Assembly (NCBI GenBank): GCA_963823335.1
Contig: CAWGLD010000002.1
Location: 1 to 64,000, forward strand
Length of the DNA stretch: 64,000 nt
Reading direction: 5' to 3'
Source: an uncultured delta proteobacterium
GTDB taxonomy: Bacteria; Desulfobacterota; Desulfobacteria; Desulfobacterales; B30-G6
Numbering within the stretch: position 1 is the stretch's first letter; each line of letters begins with the position of its first letter. This document shows, piece after piece, positions 50,165-60,114 of this stretch. The position numbers were made by a program, and so were the translations under genes. The notes under the pieces are model-generated. The model saw only the letters and a program-made list of their open reading frames with translations. It was not told the DNA's origin and made no database searches.

Positions 50165-52279
50165 ATGAGCACTCTGTTGGCATTGTCAACGAGATCTTTA
50201 GATACAGGACACCAGTCCTATCAAGATCTGCAGGAGGAGAACAAGCTATTGCGGCAGGAGATTCGCACAGCTCGAAAAGCTGCAGAAATTACTGCCGACC
50301 TGGTCGTCAAACAATTTGAGGAAACGGAAAGGGTCTTGCAACGGTTTCAGGTCGCCAATGCTCAGCGCAAAACCGTGCTTGACTCGGCAAGTCAAATATC
50401 CATCATCGCCACAAATCCTCAGGGAATTATCACCGTTTTCAACAAAGGCGCCGAGAATCTGCTGGGTTATAAGGCTGAGGAAGTCATCGACCGGCAGAGT
50501 CCCTTGATATTTCATCTGGAATCAGAGCTTGAAAAACGCAGTCAACTGGTCAGCATGGAATTTGAACATACGGTAGAAAACGTGGATTTGTTTTTTGCCT
50601 ATGCAGCCGAAAAACCGCCGGAATATTCCGAGTGGACCTACATACATAAAACCGGAAAACAATTCCCTGTCAGAATGTCCATAAACGCTTTACGCGGCCC
50701 CTACGGTTCGGTTGAGGGTTTACTGTGCATTGCGCTTGATATCAGTGAAAAAAAACGGTCGGAAAAAGCGCTCATGGAAAGTGAGCGAAAGTATCGCCTG
50801 CTTATCCGGAATTTACCGAATGTTGTCTACAAAGGCTATCTAAATGGGGATATTGATTTTTTTGATGATAAAATTGAGATTTTGACCGGCTATAGTCGAC
50901 AAGAATTTTCATCACGCAAAGTGAACTGGTTCGACTTTGTCCACAAAGAAGATCTTGAAGGTGCCAAGGAAATATTCAAGCAAGCACTCAGAACAGATCA
51001 AATGTTTATCCGGGAATACCGGGTTAAATCTAAAAACGGAAAAATCGTCTGGGTGGAAGAAGGCGGTCAGATCATTTACGGGGAGGACGGAGAAGTCGAG
51101 TTTGTCACAGGGGCCTTCCTAGACATTACGAAGCGCAAGCTGGCCGAAAGGGCTTTACACGAATCGGAAAAGAACTATCGATCGCTTTTCGACAGCGGAC
51201 CGAACCCCATTTTCGTACTGGACATGCATCGCTTCAAAATCATGGATGCCAATCCCAGCGCCGAGGAAACCTACGGTTACAGCAAGGAGGAGCTGGTAGG
51301 ACGACCGTTTTCAGATCTCGGGCCATTCGGGAATGAAATGTTTGAGGAAAAAATGAAGATCGGCCTGTCCAACGCAGGCGATCGTCCGAGTGCGTGTGTG
51401 ATCAGCCTGAAGGATCAACACTTTAAAAAAGGCCATAAACCGTTTTATGTGCGGGTCACGGCATGCCCGACCCGCTATCACCAACGTCAGGCTATCATTG
51501 TGGCGGTCACGGATATCACAGAACTGTTGGAAAAGGATGCTCAGCTGGCTCAGGCCAGCAAAATGACCACACTCGGAGTAATGTCTGCAGGCATAGCCCA
51601 CGAATTAAACCAGCCGTTGAATGTCATCAAAATGGGCAGTGAGTACCTGCAAATGAGTATGGAGAAGAATCAGTACCTGCAGCCGAAACTGCTCGATGTC
51701 GCTATGGAAGTCAGCGCGCAGGTAGATCGGGCATCTGCGATTATCAATCTGCTGCGTGAGTTCGGCCGTAAACCTGATTTCAAAAAAGAACATGTCAATA
51801 TCAATGCTGTAATCACGGCAGTTCTCGGAATTATCGGCCGGCCGCTCGAGCTTAACAATATTGACATCATACTCGATCTTGACGAACCCATTCCGCCGAT
51901 TCTGGCCCAGGCTAACCGTCTGGAACAGGTATTCTTCAATTTAATGACAAATGCCGGCGATGCCATCCATCAAAAACGCGAAGCATCAGGTGAAACACTC
52001 CCGGAACAGATCAGGATATCTACGTACCGTAGTCATGATCATGTTGTCGTGAGTGTATCTGATACGGGCATCGGCATTCCTGAAGAGATCAAGGAAAAAA
52101 TATTTGAACCTTTTTTTACGACCAAAGAGGTTGGAAAGGGAATGGGGTTGGGTCTTTCAATCATTTACGGTATTGTAAAAGAATACGGTGGCGAGATCGA
52201 GAGCCATAGCAGCCCGAATCAGGGAACCTCCTTTAAATACAGCTTTCCCATCGCTGACATGCAGGCGACTCTTGAGTAA
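50165..52279 (+). CDS. Cytoplasmic multi-PAS histidine kinase (HupT/HoxJ-like position)
   Basis: Coiled coil, three PAS regions, [19 protein letters not shown]. Confidence 0.92.
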   Translation: MSTLLALSTRSLDTGHQSYQDLQEENKLLRQEIRTARKAAEITADLVVKQFEETERVLQRFQVANAQRKTVLDSASQISIIATNPQGIITVFNKGAENLLGYKAEEVIDRQSPLIFHLESELEKRSQLVSMEFEHTVENVDLFFAYAAEKPPEYSEWTYIHKTGKQFPVRMSINALRGPYGSVEGLLCIALDISEKKRSEKALMESERKYRLLIRNLPNVVYKGYLNGDIDFFDDKIEILTGYSRQEFSSRKVNWFDFVHKEDLEGAKEIFKQALRTDQMFIREYRVKSKNGKIVWVEEGGQIIYGEDGEVEFVTGAFLDITKRKLAERALHESEKNYRSLFDSGPNPIFVLDMHRFKIMDANPSAEETYGYSKEELVGRPFSDLGPFGNEMFEEKMKIGLSNAGDRPSACVISLKDQHFKKGHKPFYVRVTACPTRYHQRQAIIVAVTDITELLEKDAQLAQASKMTTLGVMSAGIAHELNQPLNVIKMGSEYLQMSMEKNQYLQPKLLDVAMEVSAQVDRASAIINLLREFGRKPDFKKEHVNINAVITAVLGIIGRPLELNNIDIILDLDEPIPPILAQANRLEQVFFNLMTNAGDAIHQKREASGETLPEQIRISTYRSHDHVVVSVSDTGIGIPEEIKEKIFEPFFTTKEVGKGMGLGLSIIYGIVKEYGGEIESHSSPNQGTSFKYSFPIADMQATLE

Positions 52280-52296
52280 TTGACTGCCCGCAGAAA

Positions 52297-52315
52297 AGGG
52301 GGTCTAAAGACCCCT
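52297..52315. terminator. Hairpin between convergent genes
   Basis: ggggtct-aa-agacccc. Confidence 0.45.
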
Positions 52316-52324
52316 GCTGTGATA

Positions 52325-53209
52325 TTAGGCGAGCATATCCTGGATGGATTGATCCTTCTCTTTCCACAGATCGTTGAGCCAGGTATGAAACCGGGCCCGA
52401 AAGGACCTGTCCGTCGTATAATCACCCAGAAGATCTGCGGTCACCGGCATATGCTTAACCCTGACCTTGATTTCGTGGATATCACCGCAGACAAAGGCCC
52501 AGAAATTCTTGATGCCTTCCGGGTAGACAATGGTAACGTCCAGGATAGCGTTCAGCTGCTCGCCCATGGATGTCAATACGTAACCGACGCCGCCCGCTTT
52601 CGATTTCAGCAGGTTTTGATAGGGGGATTGCTGTCTCTTGTGTTTTTCTGCGGTAAATCTTGTCCCCTCGACAAAATTCATGATGGAAATCGGAAACGTC
52701 TTGAATTTTTCGCAGGCCTTTCGGGTGATTTCCAGGTCCTTGCCCTTTAAGTGGGGCTTTTTTTTCAAGAACTGTTTTGAATAGCGCTTCATGAAAGGGA
52801 AGTCGAGGGCCCACCAGGCCTGGCCAAGAACAGGAAACCATATGAGTTCTTTTTTCAGAAAAAATTTGAGAAACGGTATTTTGCGATGAAAAATCCGCTG
52901 CAGCACCAGGATGTCCACCCATGACTGATGATTGGCCAGAACAAGATATTTATTCTTCAGGCTGAGGTCTTGAAGACCCTGGACGTCCAGGGTCGTTTTG
53001 GAAAACAGACGCTGGTTGACAGTGTTGGCACCAACCCAGCCGGTGGCAAGGGTGCTCAGGGTCCGGCTGCACCACAGTCGAAAGCTTGTCAGCGGAATCA
53101 GAAATTTCAAAACCGCCAGCGCAAAGAGCAGGGTACACCAGAAAATGGTATTACAGAAATAAACAAACAATGAGGTAAGACCCCGCAGGGTTTTGATAAA
53201 TGCTTTCAT
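52325..53209 (-). CDS. PlsC-family acyltransferase (YihG-like)
   Basis: ANHQSWVD, FLKKEL, FVEGTR. Confidence 0.9.
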   Translation of the reverse strand: MKAFIKTLRGLTSLFVYFCNTIFWCTLLFALAVLKFLIPLTSFRLWCSRTLSTLATGWVGANTVNQRLFSKTTLDVQGLQDLSLKNKYLVLANHQSWVDILVLQRIFHRKIPFLKFFLKKELIWFPVLGQAWWALDFPFMKRYSKQFLKKKPHLKGKDLEITRKACEKFKTFPISIMNFVEGTRFTAEKHKRQQSPYQNLLKSKAGGVGYVLTSMGEQLNAILDVTIVYPEGIKNFWAFVCGDIHEIKVRVKHMPVTADLLGDYTTDRSFRARFHTWLNDLWKEKDQSIQDMLA

Positions 53210-53287
53210 TCCTGACCTATAATCGAAAAAGGGGAAAAAATTCAAGGCTGGTTGACATTGTGACAGTATTTTTACAATAATCGTTTC

Positions 53288-54604
53288 ATGATACTACTCC
53301 GGTTATCAACATATATTCTGTGCTGCTGCTTTTGTGGATGGATGGGTCTGCTTTACGGGTGCGCCCAGAGCCCCGATGGTATCGGGGCAAAAAGCCTGTT
53401 ACAGCCTGCTGCAATTACCAGCGGGGAACGGCAGCAGGCGCCCGCAGAACAATATGCCGGGGAGGTACTTGCCTATTTGGTGCCGGTGACCCTCGGAAAG
53501 GCCGGGAACCCCAAACTTAGGGGTGAATGGGGTGAGAGGGGCTTGACGCTGCCCCTTGATTATGGGGCTCTCTCGGACATGATGCAGGGGCCTGAAAAGG
53601 ACCCACGTCGTTTAATGGTGCTGGACAATAGCATCCTGGGGCTTTCCCAGGTGCTTTATCATTATGATCAAAAATTGAATCTGTTCAAAGGTGAGGGCAT
53701 ACATAGATCTGTTTTTCCCAGTACAGAGCTTCTTGCTATTCGGGTGATGCTGTTACAAAAGATGAATCGCGGTGAAAAAGTGGGTCTGGCGGAACTGATG
53801 GGAAAAAAGGAAGAGCTGCTGAATCCCCGTGTAAGAGCTGGCAAGATCGATCTTAAAGGCACCCGTCTAGATTACTCTGAAATGAAACTCTTGAAAGATG
53901 TCATCCAGTCGGAGCCATCGTTTATGGCTTACCTGGAACACCCCTTTATTGTGGAGATGCTTTACAAAATCGGCGCTGTTTCCATGGACTCGTATGTCAA
54001 GGAAAAGATCCAGTCTGCTCATTACAGGAATTCCGGGTTCCAACAGGGCCGGCAAAAAACCGGCAAAAAATCTGTGCAGGTTGCCGTCTTACCCTCCATT
54101 GTTGATTCATTTGCCTATCAATCCATCGATACGGACGCTTATCCAATGGGATTTATGCCGCAGGAAACCTATTTCGAGGTCATTCAAACGTTTCAGGATA
54201 CGATGATCACTTTTCTGCAAAAACTTGTCGAGGCACAGATGTTTGGAGACGTAGCAACAGGAGACTCAGAGGAACCGAAAAGACGCAATAGACTGGTGAA
54301 GGCGTTTATAGAAGCGCATGTAGCTATCAGGCTCATGGATCAGCGACCGCTTGTTATTTACCCGGATAATGCCGAGAAGGTGATACAAGATGTTTGTCGT
54401 GATTCTGATTTCAATGTGATCGTTCTGGGAAAGAATGTCTATCTTTCCATGCAGATTTTGGATGTGGACACTTACCCGCATGTCAACCGACTGTACCTTG
54501 ATATGAGTGATGTCAGACATGGACAGGTGGATTATGAAATCAGCCAAATCAGCATGTTTGTGTTTAATAGACTGAAACCGTTGATACACAGAAGTCACCC
54601 ATGA
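53288..54604 (+). CDS. Hypothetical lipoprotein
   Basis: Lipobox-like LLYGC; overlaps the start of the next gene. Confidence 0.65.
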   Translation: MILLRLSTYILCCCFCGWMGLLYGCAQSPDGIGAKSLLQPAAITSGERQQAPAEQYAGEVLAYLVPVTLGKAGNPKLRGEWGERGLTLPLDYGALSDMMQGPEKDPRRLMVLDNSILGLSQVLYHYDQKLNLFKGEGIHRSVFPSTELLAIRVMLLQKMNRGEKVGLAELMGKKEELLNPRVRAGKIDLKGTRLDYSEMKLLKDVIQSEPSFMAYLEHPFIVEMLYKIGAVSMDSYVKEKIQSAHYRNSGFQQGRQKTGKKSVQVAVLPSIVDSFAYQSIDTDAYPMGFMPQETYFEVIQTFQDTMITFLQKLVEAQMFGDVATGDSEEPKRRNRLVKAFIEAHVAIRLMDQRPLVIYPDNAEKVIQDVCRDSDFNVIVLGKNVYLSMQILDVDTYPHVNRLYLDMSDVRHGQVDYEISQISMFVFNRLKPLIHRSHP

Positions 54605-55398
54605 CAATATTCGATTTGATCGAGAGGTTATTCCATTTTGCTGCAGACGGCCTGTTTGCCGGGTTACCGCAACCGAAACCCGGGCAAGCGGCTCTGCGAA
54701 GATGCAGAATCATTTCCCATCGGGGCGAGCACGACAACGTTGCGGTGTTTGAAAATACGCTGGCAGCGTTTGACAGGGCCCGGGATCACGGTGTGTGGGG
54801 AATCGAATGTGACATCCGCTGGACAAAAGATCTCGTACCGGTTGTGTTTCACGATGCAGATTTGCAGCGTTTGTTCGGCGATTCCCTGGTGATCGGGCAG
54901 ACCATGTTCGAGCAGCTGAGAAATGAGTTTCCCCGGATTCCAACCCTGTCGGAAGTGCTGACACGATATGGCAAAAACATGCACCTGATGGTTGAGATCA
55001 AAGCCGAAGTATATCCGGATCCTGACTATCAAGGCCGGATTTTGTCCCAGATGTTCTCCGATTTGGTTCCTGGAGAAGATTTTCACTTTCTGGCACTGAA
55101 CCCACAACTGTTTAAATACGTTGATTTTGTGCCGTCCAGCACGTATCTCCCTGTGGCTCAGCTAAATCTACAGGAAATGAGCCGCCTGTCACTAAAGGAA
55201 AACTACGCTGGTCTTGCCGGGCACTACCTGTTTATTACGGACGCGCGTATGCGGAAGCATCAAAAAAATCGTCAAAAGGTCGGTACGGCCTATATTCGTT
55301 CAAGAAACAGCTTGTTCAGGGAGATCAACCGTGGTGCCGACTGGATTTTTTCCAACCATGCCTGTAAGGTTCAGAATATCTTGAATAAGACTATCTGA
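54601..55398 (+). CDS. Glycerophosphodiester phosphodiesterase
   Basis: SHRGE, ENTLAAF, IECDI, FHD. Confidence 0.9.
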   Translation: MTIFDLIERLFHFAADGLFAGLPQPKPGQAALRRCRIISHRGEHDNVAVFENTLAAFDRARDHGVWGIECDIRWTKDLVPVVFHDADLQRLFGDSLVIGQTMFEQLRNEFPRIPTLSEVLTRYGKNMHLMVEIKAEVYPDPDYQGRILSQMFSDLVPGEDFHFLALNPQLFKYVDFVPSSTYLPVAQLNLQEMSRLSLKENYAGLAGHYLFITDARMRKHQKNRQKVGTAYIRSRNSLFREINRGADWIFSNHACKVQNILNKTI

Positions 55399-55523
55399 AG
55401 GGAGAATGCTGGAACCTGTGCTGCAGAGATCGCTGCCATTGTGGGCATTAGTAAATCTGAAAAGGTTGCTCAGACAGACGGCTGTCAGCACGTGAGGTGT
55501 GGATTTCAAAATAAGGACCCTGG

Positions 55524-56654
55524 TCAGATGGTTTCAGAAGTCTTGAGTGATTCGATCTCCTGGGTGGTGAAGCCAAAATCCGCCAGAACCTTTTCCGTGT
55601 CCTGTCCCGGAATGGGTGGCGGGCTTTTGATCTCGGCTGCGGTCCTTGAAAAACGGGGCGCAGGGGCGGGCTGGAGCACACCGTCATTTTCGACAAAGGT
55701 TTTTCGCTGTTTGTTGTGGGGGTGCTCGGGTGCTTCCGACATGGACAATACCGGGGCAAAGCAGACATCACTGCCTTCCATGATCTCACACCACGCTTCC
55801 CGGGTTTTTGTCTTAAACACAGCCGAGAGTTTTTCTTTCAGTTGAGGCCATTGGGCGAAATCGAGCTGGTTCTGAAAATCCGGGTCGTCGATTTCGGTGA
55901 GCTTCAGCAGCAGTTCATAAAACTGGGGTTCGATGGCACCGATAGCGATGAACTTGTTGTCCGCGGTTTCATAGGTATCATAGAAATGAGCACCGGTGTC
56001 CAGGAGATTGGTTCCCGGTTTGTCCGTCCAGAGACCGGCCGCCTTAAGCCCGTATATCATAGTCATGAGTGCAGCGGAGCCATCCGTCATGGCGGCGTCC
56101 ACAACCTGTCCTTGTCCTGAATTGCGGGCCTCGAACAGTGCGCAGACCATACCAAATGCCAACAGCATGCCGCCGCCGCCGAAATCTCCCACAAGATTCA
56201 ACGGTGGTACAGGCTTTTGATCTTTACGACCGATGGTGTGCAAAGCGCCGGAAAGCGCAATATAGTTGATATCGTGGCCGGCTGCTCTTGCCAGGGGTCC
56301 TTCCTGTCCCCAGCCCGTCATTCTGCCGTAAACGAGTCTGGGGTTCCGCTTCAGACAGACATCGGGTCCGATACCCAGCTTTTCCATGACACCGGGACGA
56401 AACCCTTCCTGGAGGGCATCCACTCGCTCCAGCATCCTGAGCAGTGTCTGGACCCCTTCCGGCGTTCTGAGGTTGATGGAGATGGATTTACGATTTCGGG
56501 TCAGGAGATCGTACTTGGGATCAGACAGCGCCAACCCGCCTTTTCTCTCCACACGAACGATGTCGGCCCCCATATCCGAGAGCATCATGCCGCAGAAAGG
56601 CCCCGGTCCGATACCGCCGACCTCGATAATCTTAACGCCGTTTAATGGACCCAT
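55524..56654 (-). CDS. CaiB/BaiF CoA-transferase (alpha-methylacyl-CoA racemase-like)
   Basis: [34 protein letters not shown]. Confidence 0.92.
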   Translation of the reverse strand: MGPLNGVKIIEVGGIGPGPFCGMMLSDMGADIVRVERKGGLALSDPKYDLLTRNRKSISINLRTPEGVQTLLRMLERVDALQEGFRPGVMEKLGIGPDVCLKRNPRLVYGRMTGWGQEGPLARAAGHDINYIALSGALHTIGRKDQKPVPPLNLVGDFGGGGMLLAFGMVCALFEARNSGQGQVVDAAMTDGSAALMTMIYGLKAAGLWTDKPGTNLLDTGAHFYDTYETADNKFIAIGAIEPQFYELLLKLTEIDDPDFQNQLDFAQWPQLKEKLSAVFKTKTREAWCEIMEGSDVCFAPVLSMSEAPEHPHNKQRKTFVENDGVLQPAPAPRFSRTAAEIKSPPPIPGQDTEKVLADFGFTTQEIESLKTSETI

Positions 56655-56664
56655 TTTCCCCTCC

Positions 56665-56735
56665 TGAACTGAAAAAGTGAGCGTATTCCCCGTAGGTTCT
56701 GCCGTTCGGCAGTGCTTCGCATGCTGCGAGGTTCT
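56665..56735 (-). mobile_element. Palindromic non-autonomous element inserted after TTGA
   Basis: Near-identical to 62036-62109; minus strand attga|agaacc...cagttca. Confidence 0.8.
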
Positions 56736-56747
56736 TCAATGTGCTGC

Positions 56748-57299
56748 TTATACTGAACGTATTGACTGCTTGTATTTCTTAAATGCCGGACCGTCGGAGC
56801 GCCAGACATAGCACGTGTTTTTCAATCTTTTCATGGAATAGGCCTTGAGTGCCTGAGAATCGTTTGGCGAACGGGTTGCCGCAGTCCAGGCGCCCTGTAC
56901 AGCCGCAGGCGCCATGGCCATCAGGAGCGCCACGAGGTGGGCACATCCCTTTGCGCCGCCCACGAGCGCTTTGACTTTTACGGTAAAACCGGAAACGATC
57001 GACATCCCTATGATGGGTTGGAGGGATCGGCGTGTTTCGAGACAGCCATCGTTGGGAACCTTTGGCATTTCAACATCGATATCTTCAATGATGAGTCGGG
57101 GCCCCCGGACTTTCATGCGGATGACCATGTTGTGGACCACTCCGGGCTTTATAACATCGCCGCCGGATCGATAAGAGTCGATCAGTCGGTTGTCTTTCAA
57201 CTGTCCTTCTACGACAATCGCATCGTCCTGACAGGCGTAGATGGCCACATGAATGTTGCGCGTGTGGATTTTTTGAAGTTTTGTTTTGTCAATTGTCAT
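56748..57299 (-). CDS. DUF2889 family protein
   Basis: IHTRNI, VVHNM, GGAKGCAHL. Confidence 0.8.
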   Translation of the reverse strand: MTIDKTKLQKIHTRNIHVAIYACQDDAIVVEGQLKDNRLIDSYRSGGDVIKPGVVHNMVIRMKVRGPRLIIEDIDVEMPKVPNDGCLETRRSLQPIIGMSIVSGFTVKVKALVGGAKGCAHLVALLMAMAPAAVQGAWTAATRSPNDSQALKAYSMKRLKNTCYVWRSDGPAFKKYKQSIRSV

Positions 57300-57442
57300 G
57301 ATGGGTTAATTTTCCGTTTCTTTTTATGGTTGAAGGTTTCATCAAAATTTGTTTGCTGACCATATCATAAGATGGGCTTGATCTAAAACCCTATATCTGA
57401 GATGGTTAAATATTACGTTTATAAAAAGGTGGAAGGAATACC

Positions 57443-58048
57443 ATGAAGACAGAAATGACGATCGAGATCTTTTCAGACACCATTTGACCGTGGTGCTATT
57501 TCATTACAGGTCGTATTGAAAGATTGAAAAATGAGCTGGGTGTCCGTGTCCGCTGGCTGGCCTTTCCGTTACATCCGGAAACACCGGAAGAGGGGCGAAC
57601 GCTGGAAGAGCTGTTTGCCGGCCGTCCCTACAACATTCCGGAAATGATGGCCCATCTGAAAACAATTGCCGATGCCGAAGGGCTTCCTTTTGGAAATCGT
57701 ACGAGAACCTATAACAGCCGCCTGGCCCAGGAGTTGGCCAAATGGGCGGAATCTCAGGGTAAGGGAGATGTGTTTCATGCGGCTGCTTTCCGGACCTATT
57801 TTGTAGATGGGAAAAACATCGCCAGGATGGAAAACCTGATCGACATCGCGGTTTCCGTCTCCCTGGACCCGGATGAAGCCAGACGGGTTTTCGAGGAGAG
57901 AACCTATCGAGAAGCCGTTGATGCTGACTGGCAACGTGCGCACCAACTGGGTATTACGGCTGTTCCCACTTTCTTGTATGGGAAGGGTCGTCTGGTGGGA
58001 GCCCAGCCGTATGAAGCGCTGAAACAGTTTGTGGGTCAATGGACATAA
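57443..58048 (+). CDS. DsbA/FrnE-family thiol-disulfide oxidoreductase, predicted selenoprotein (UPWC)
   Basis: RBS and ATG at 57443; FSDTI-TGA(57485-87)-PWCYF in frame with ORF 57524..58048 (GITAVPTF, GAQP). Confidence 0.88.
57499..57521 (+). promoter_or_regulatory. Putative bacterial SECIS hairpin
   Basis: tttcattac-aggtc-gtattgaaa; loop begins 20 nt after the UGA. Confidence 0.72.
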
Positions 58049-59043
58049 TGCTGGATAGGTCGGCGCCATCCAGCCGTGTTGAAATGGTCGGAAACATTGG
58101 TTCCAGGGGCCACCAGGGTGTCGAACCAGACCAGATCATCAGATAACAGGTGGATATTCCGGGCTGAAACCAGATCATCCAGGTGCTCGGGTGTGCGAGG
58201 GCCGATAATAACTGAAGTGATGGCAGGCTGGTGTAAGATCCATGACACGCTTAGTGATGTGGACGACAGTTCCATTTTTTTGGCCCGCTGGATGACTTTT
58301 TGAGCAACTCCTATGCCTGCGTTGGTAATACGTTCCGCATAGATGCTTTTTTGTGTTGCCCGGCTGCCTTCAGGGAAATCGTCTGCTTTCAGGTACCTGC
58401 CGGCCAGTAAGCCCTGAGCAAGTGGTGACCAGGTGAGTATGCCCATATCGTATTTCAGACACATGGGCACGACTTCGTTTTCGATTCTTCGGTCGAGAAG
58501 ATTATAAGGTGGCTGCTCGCAGACAAACTTAGCAAAGCCCTTTCGATCCGCTAGGTGAAGTGCTTCAACCGTGCGCCATGCCGGATGCGTGGAGCAGGCA
58601 ATGTATCGTACACAGCCCTGATTCACCAGATAGGTTAAGGCGCTCAATGTCTCCTCTTGGGGGATGTCCCAGTCCGTGCGGTGAAGAAAGAAAATATCGA
58701 TATAATCGGTCTGTAGCCGTTTCAGGCTTTCCATGCAACTGTTGATCAGGTTGTGCCGGCTGTTTCCACTCGTGTTTGGTTTATCACTGGTGGGCATATA
58801 GGCTTTTGAGGTCAACAGGACATGATGCCGTTTGCCATTGTTTTTAAGCGCCTTACCCAGGATTTTCTCACTCCTGCCGCCTGCATAGACGTTGGCGCAA
58901 TCCAACAAATTGATGCCATAGTCAAGCGCCTTGTCTATCATCAGCAAAGAGGTAGTTTCGTCTGTGGGCCCACCGAAATTCATCGTGCCCAATGTTAATT
59001 CTGAGATCATCAGTCCGGAGCGACCTAACCGTCTATATTGCAT
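58036..59043 (-). CDS. Aldo/keto reductase
   Basis: LTLGTMNFG, LDCANVY, EQPPYNLL, WSPLAQG. Confidence 0.92.
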   Translation of the reverse strand: MQYRRLGRSGLMISELTLGTMNFGGPTDETTSLLMIDKALDYGINLLDCANVYAGGRSEKILGKALKNNGKRHHVLLTSKAYMPTSDKPNTSGNSRHNLINSCMESLKRLQTDYIDIFFLHRTDWDIPQEETLSALTYLVNQGCVRYIACSTHPAWRTVEALHLADRKGFAKFVCEQPPYNLLDRRIENEVVPMCLKYDMGILTWSPLAQGLLAGRYLKADDFPEGSRATQKSIYAERITNAGIGVAQKVIQRAKKMELSSTSLSVSWILHQPAITSVIIGPRTPEHLDDLVSARNIHLLSDDLVWFDTLVAPGTNVSDHFNTAGWRRPIQHYVH

Positions 59044-59194
59044 ATGGCTGATTCTCCTTATTATGAATTCGTGTAACGAAGTTAATAGCATAAAATGATT
59101 TATTGAACCACAAAAAATCATAACTTCTTGAAAAGATGTGAGAAGTATGCTTCTGTTGTCAGGGCAAAACCAAGCAATAAAAGGAGAGGGCAAG

Positions 59195-60076
59195 ATGGCT
59201 ATACAGAAGATCATGGTTGTGGGCTCGGGTCTCATGGGGAGCGGCATTGCGCAGGTCTGCGCGCAGGCCGGACGTGACGTTCTGTTATATGATGTTTCCG
59301 CTGAGGCCCTGCAAAAGGCGGTCAAAAGTATTGAATGGTCCGTGGGAAAACTGATTGAGAAAGGAACCTTGCGTGAAACCGGGTCAGCCGTTATCGGCCG
59401 TATAAAGATGATTCAAGAACTTTCGGCGGGCAAAGATGTCGACCTGGTCATCGAGGCTGTTTTTGAAGAGCGTGAATTGAAGCAGGACATATTCCGACGC
59501 CTGGACAGAATCTGCAGCCCGGGAACCCTGTTTGCAAGCAATACATCCGCAATCCCCATCACGGATCTCGCGGCTGTCACCAGCCGGCCGGATAAATTCA
59601 TGGGACTGCATTTTTTCAGCCCGGTGCCCATGATGCAGGCCGTTGAAGTGGTTCGTGGTACGGCAACAGCCGATGACACACTGGCGTCGGGCATGGCTTT
59701 TGTCCGGAGCATCGGGAAAGAACCGATTCAGGTAAACCGCGATGTCGGGGGGTTTGTCATCAATCGGATCAACTTTCCCTCGGCTATTGAGGCCATGAAT
59801 CTTGTTGAGGCGGGTGTTGCCGCCGTGGAAGACATCGACAAGGGATTGCGACTCGCTTCCGGTAGGAAAATGGGTATCTTCGAGACCGGTGACATGGTCG
59901 GCCTGGACGTGACCTATGGTGCCTTGATGTCCATGTATCAGGAAACCGGTGACGGACGGTGGTATCCACCGCTTTTGCTGCGCAGAAAGGTCAAAGCGGG
60001 CCATCTGGGACGCAAAACCGGCAAGGGCTGGTATGAATACAACCCGGACGGCACCCGAAAAAAAAATAATAATTAG
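59195..60076 (+). CDS. hbd: 3-hydroxyacyl(butyryl)-CoA dehydrogenase
   Basis: GSGLMGSGIA, IEAVFE, SNTS, GLHFFSP, GRKTGKGWY. Confidence 0.9.
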   Translation: MAIQKIMVVGSGLMGSGIAQVCAQAGRDVLLYDVSAEALQKAVKSIEWSVGKLIEKGTLRETGSAVIGRIKMIQELSAGKDVDLVIEAVFEERELKQDIFRRLDRICSPGTLFASNTSAIPITDLAAVTSRPDKFMGLHFFSPVPMMQAVEVVRGTATADDTLASGMAFVRSIGKEPIQVNRDVGGFVINRINFPSAIEAMNLVEAGVAAVEDIDKGLRLASGRKMGIFETGDMVGLDVTYGALMSMYQETGDGRWYPPLLLRRKVKAGHLGRKTGKGWYEYNPDGTRKKNNN

Positions 60077-60114
60077 CGACAACGTCGCGTCTGATAAAGT
60101 CGTGAGGCGATTTT

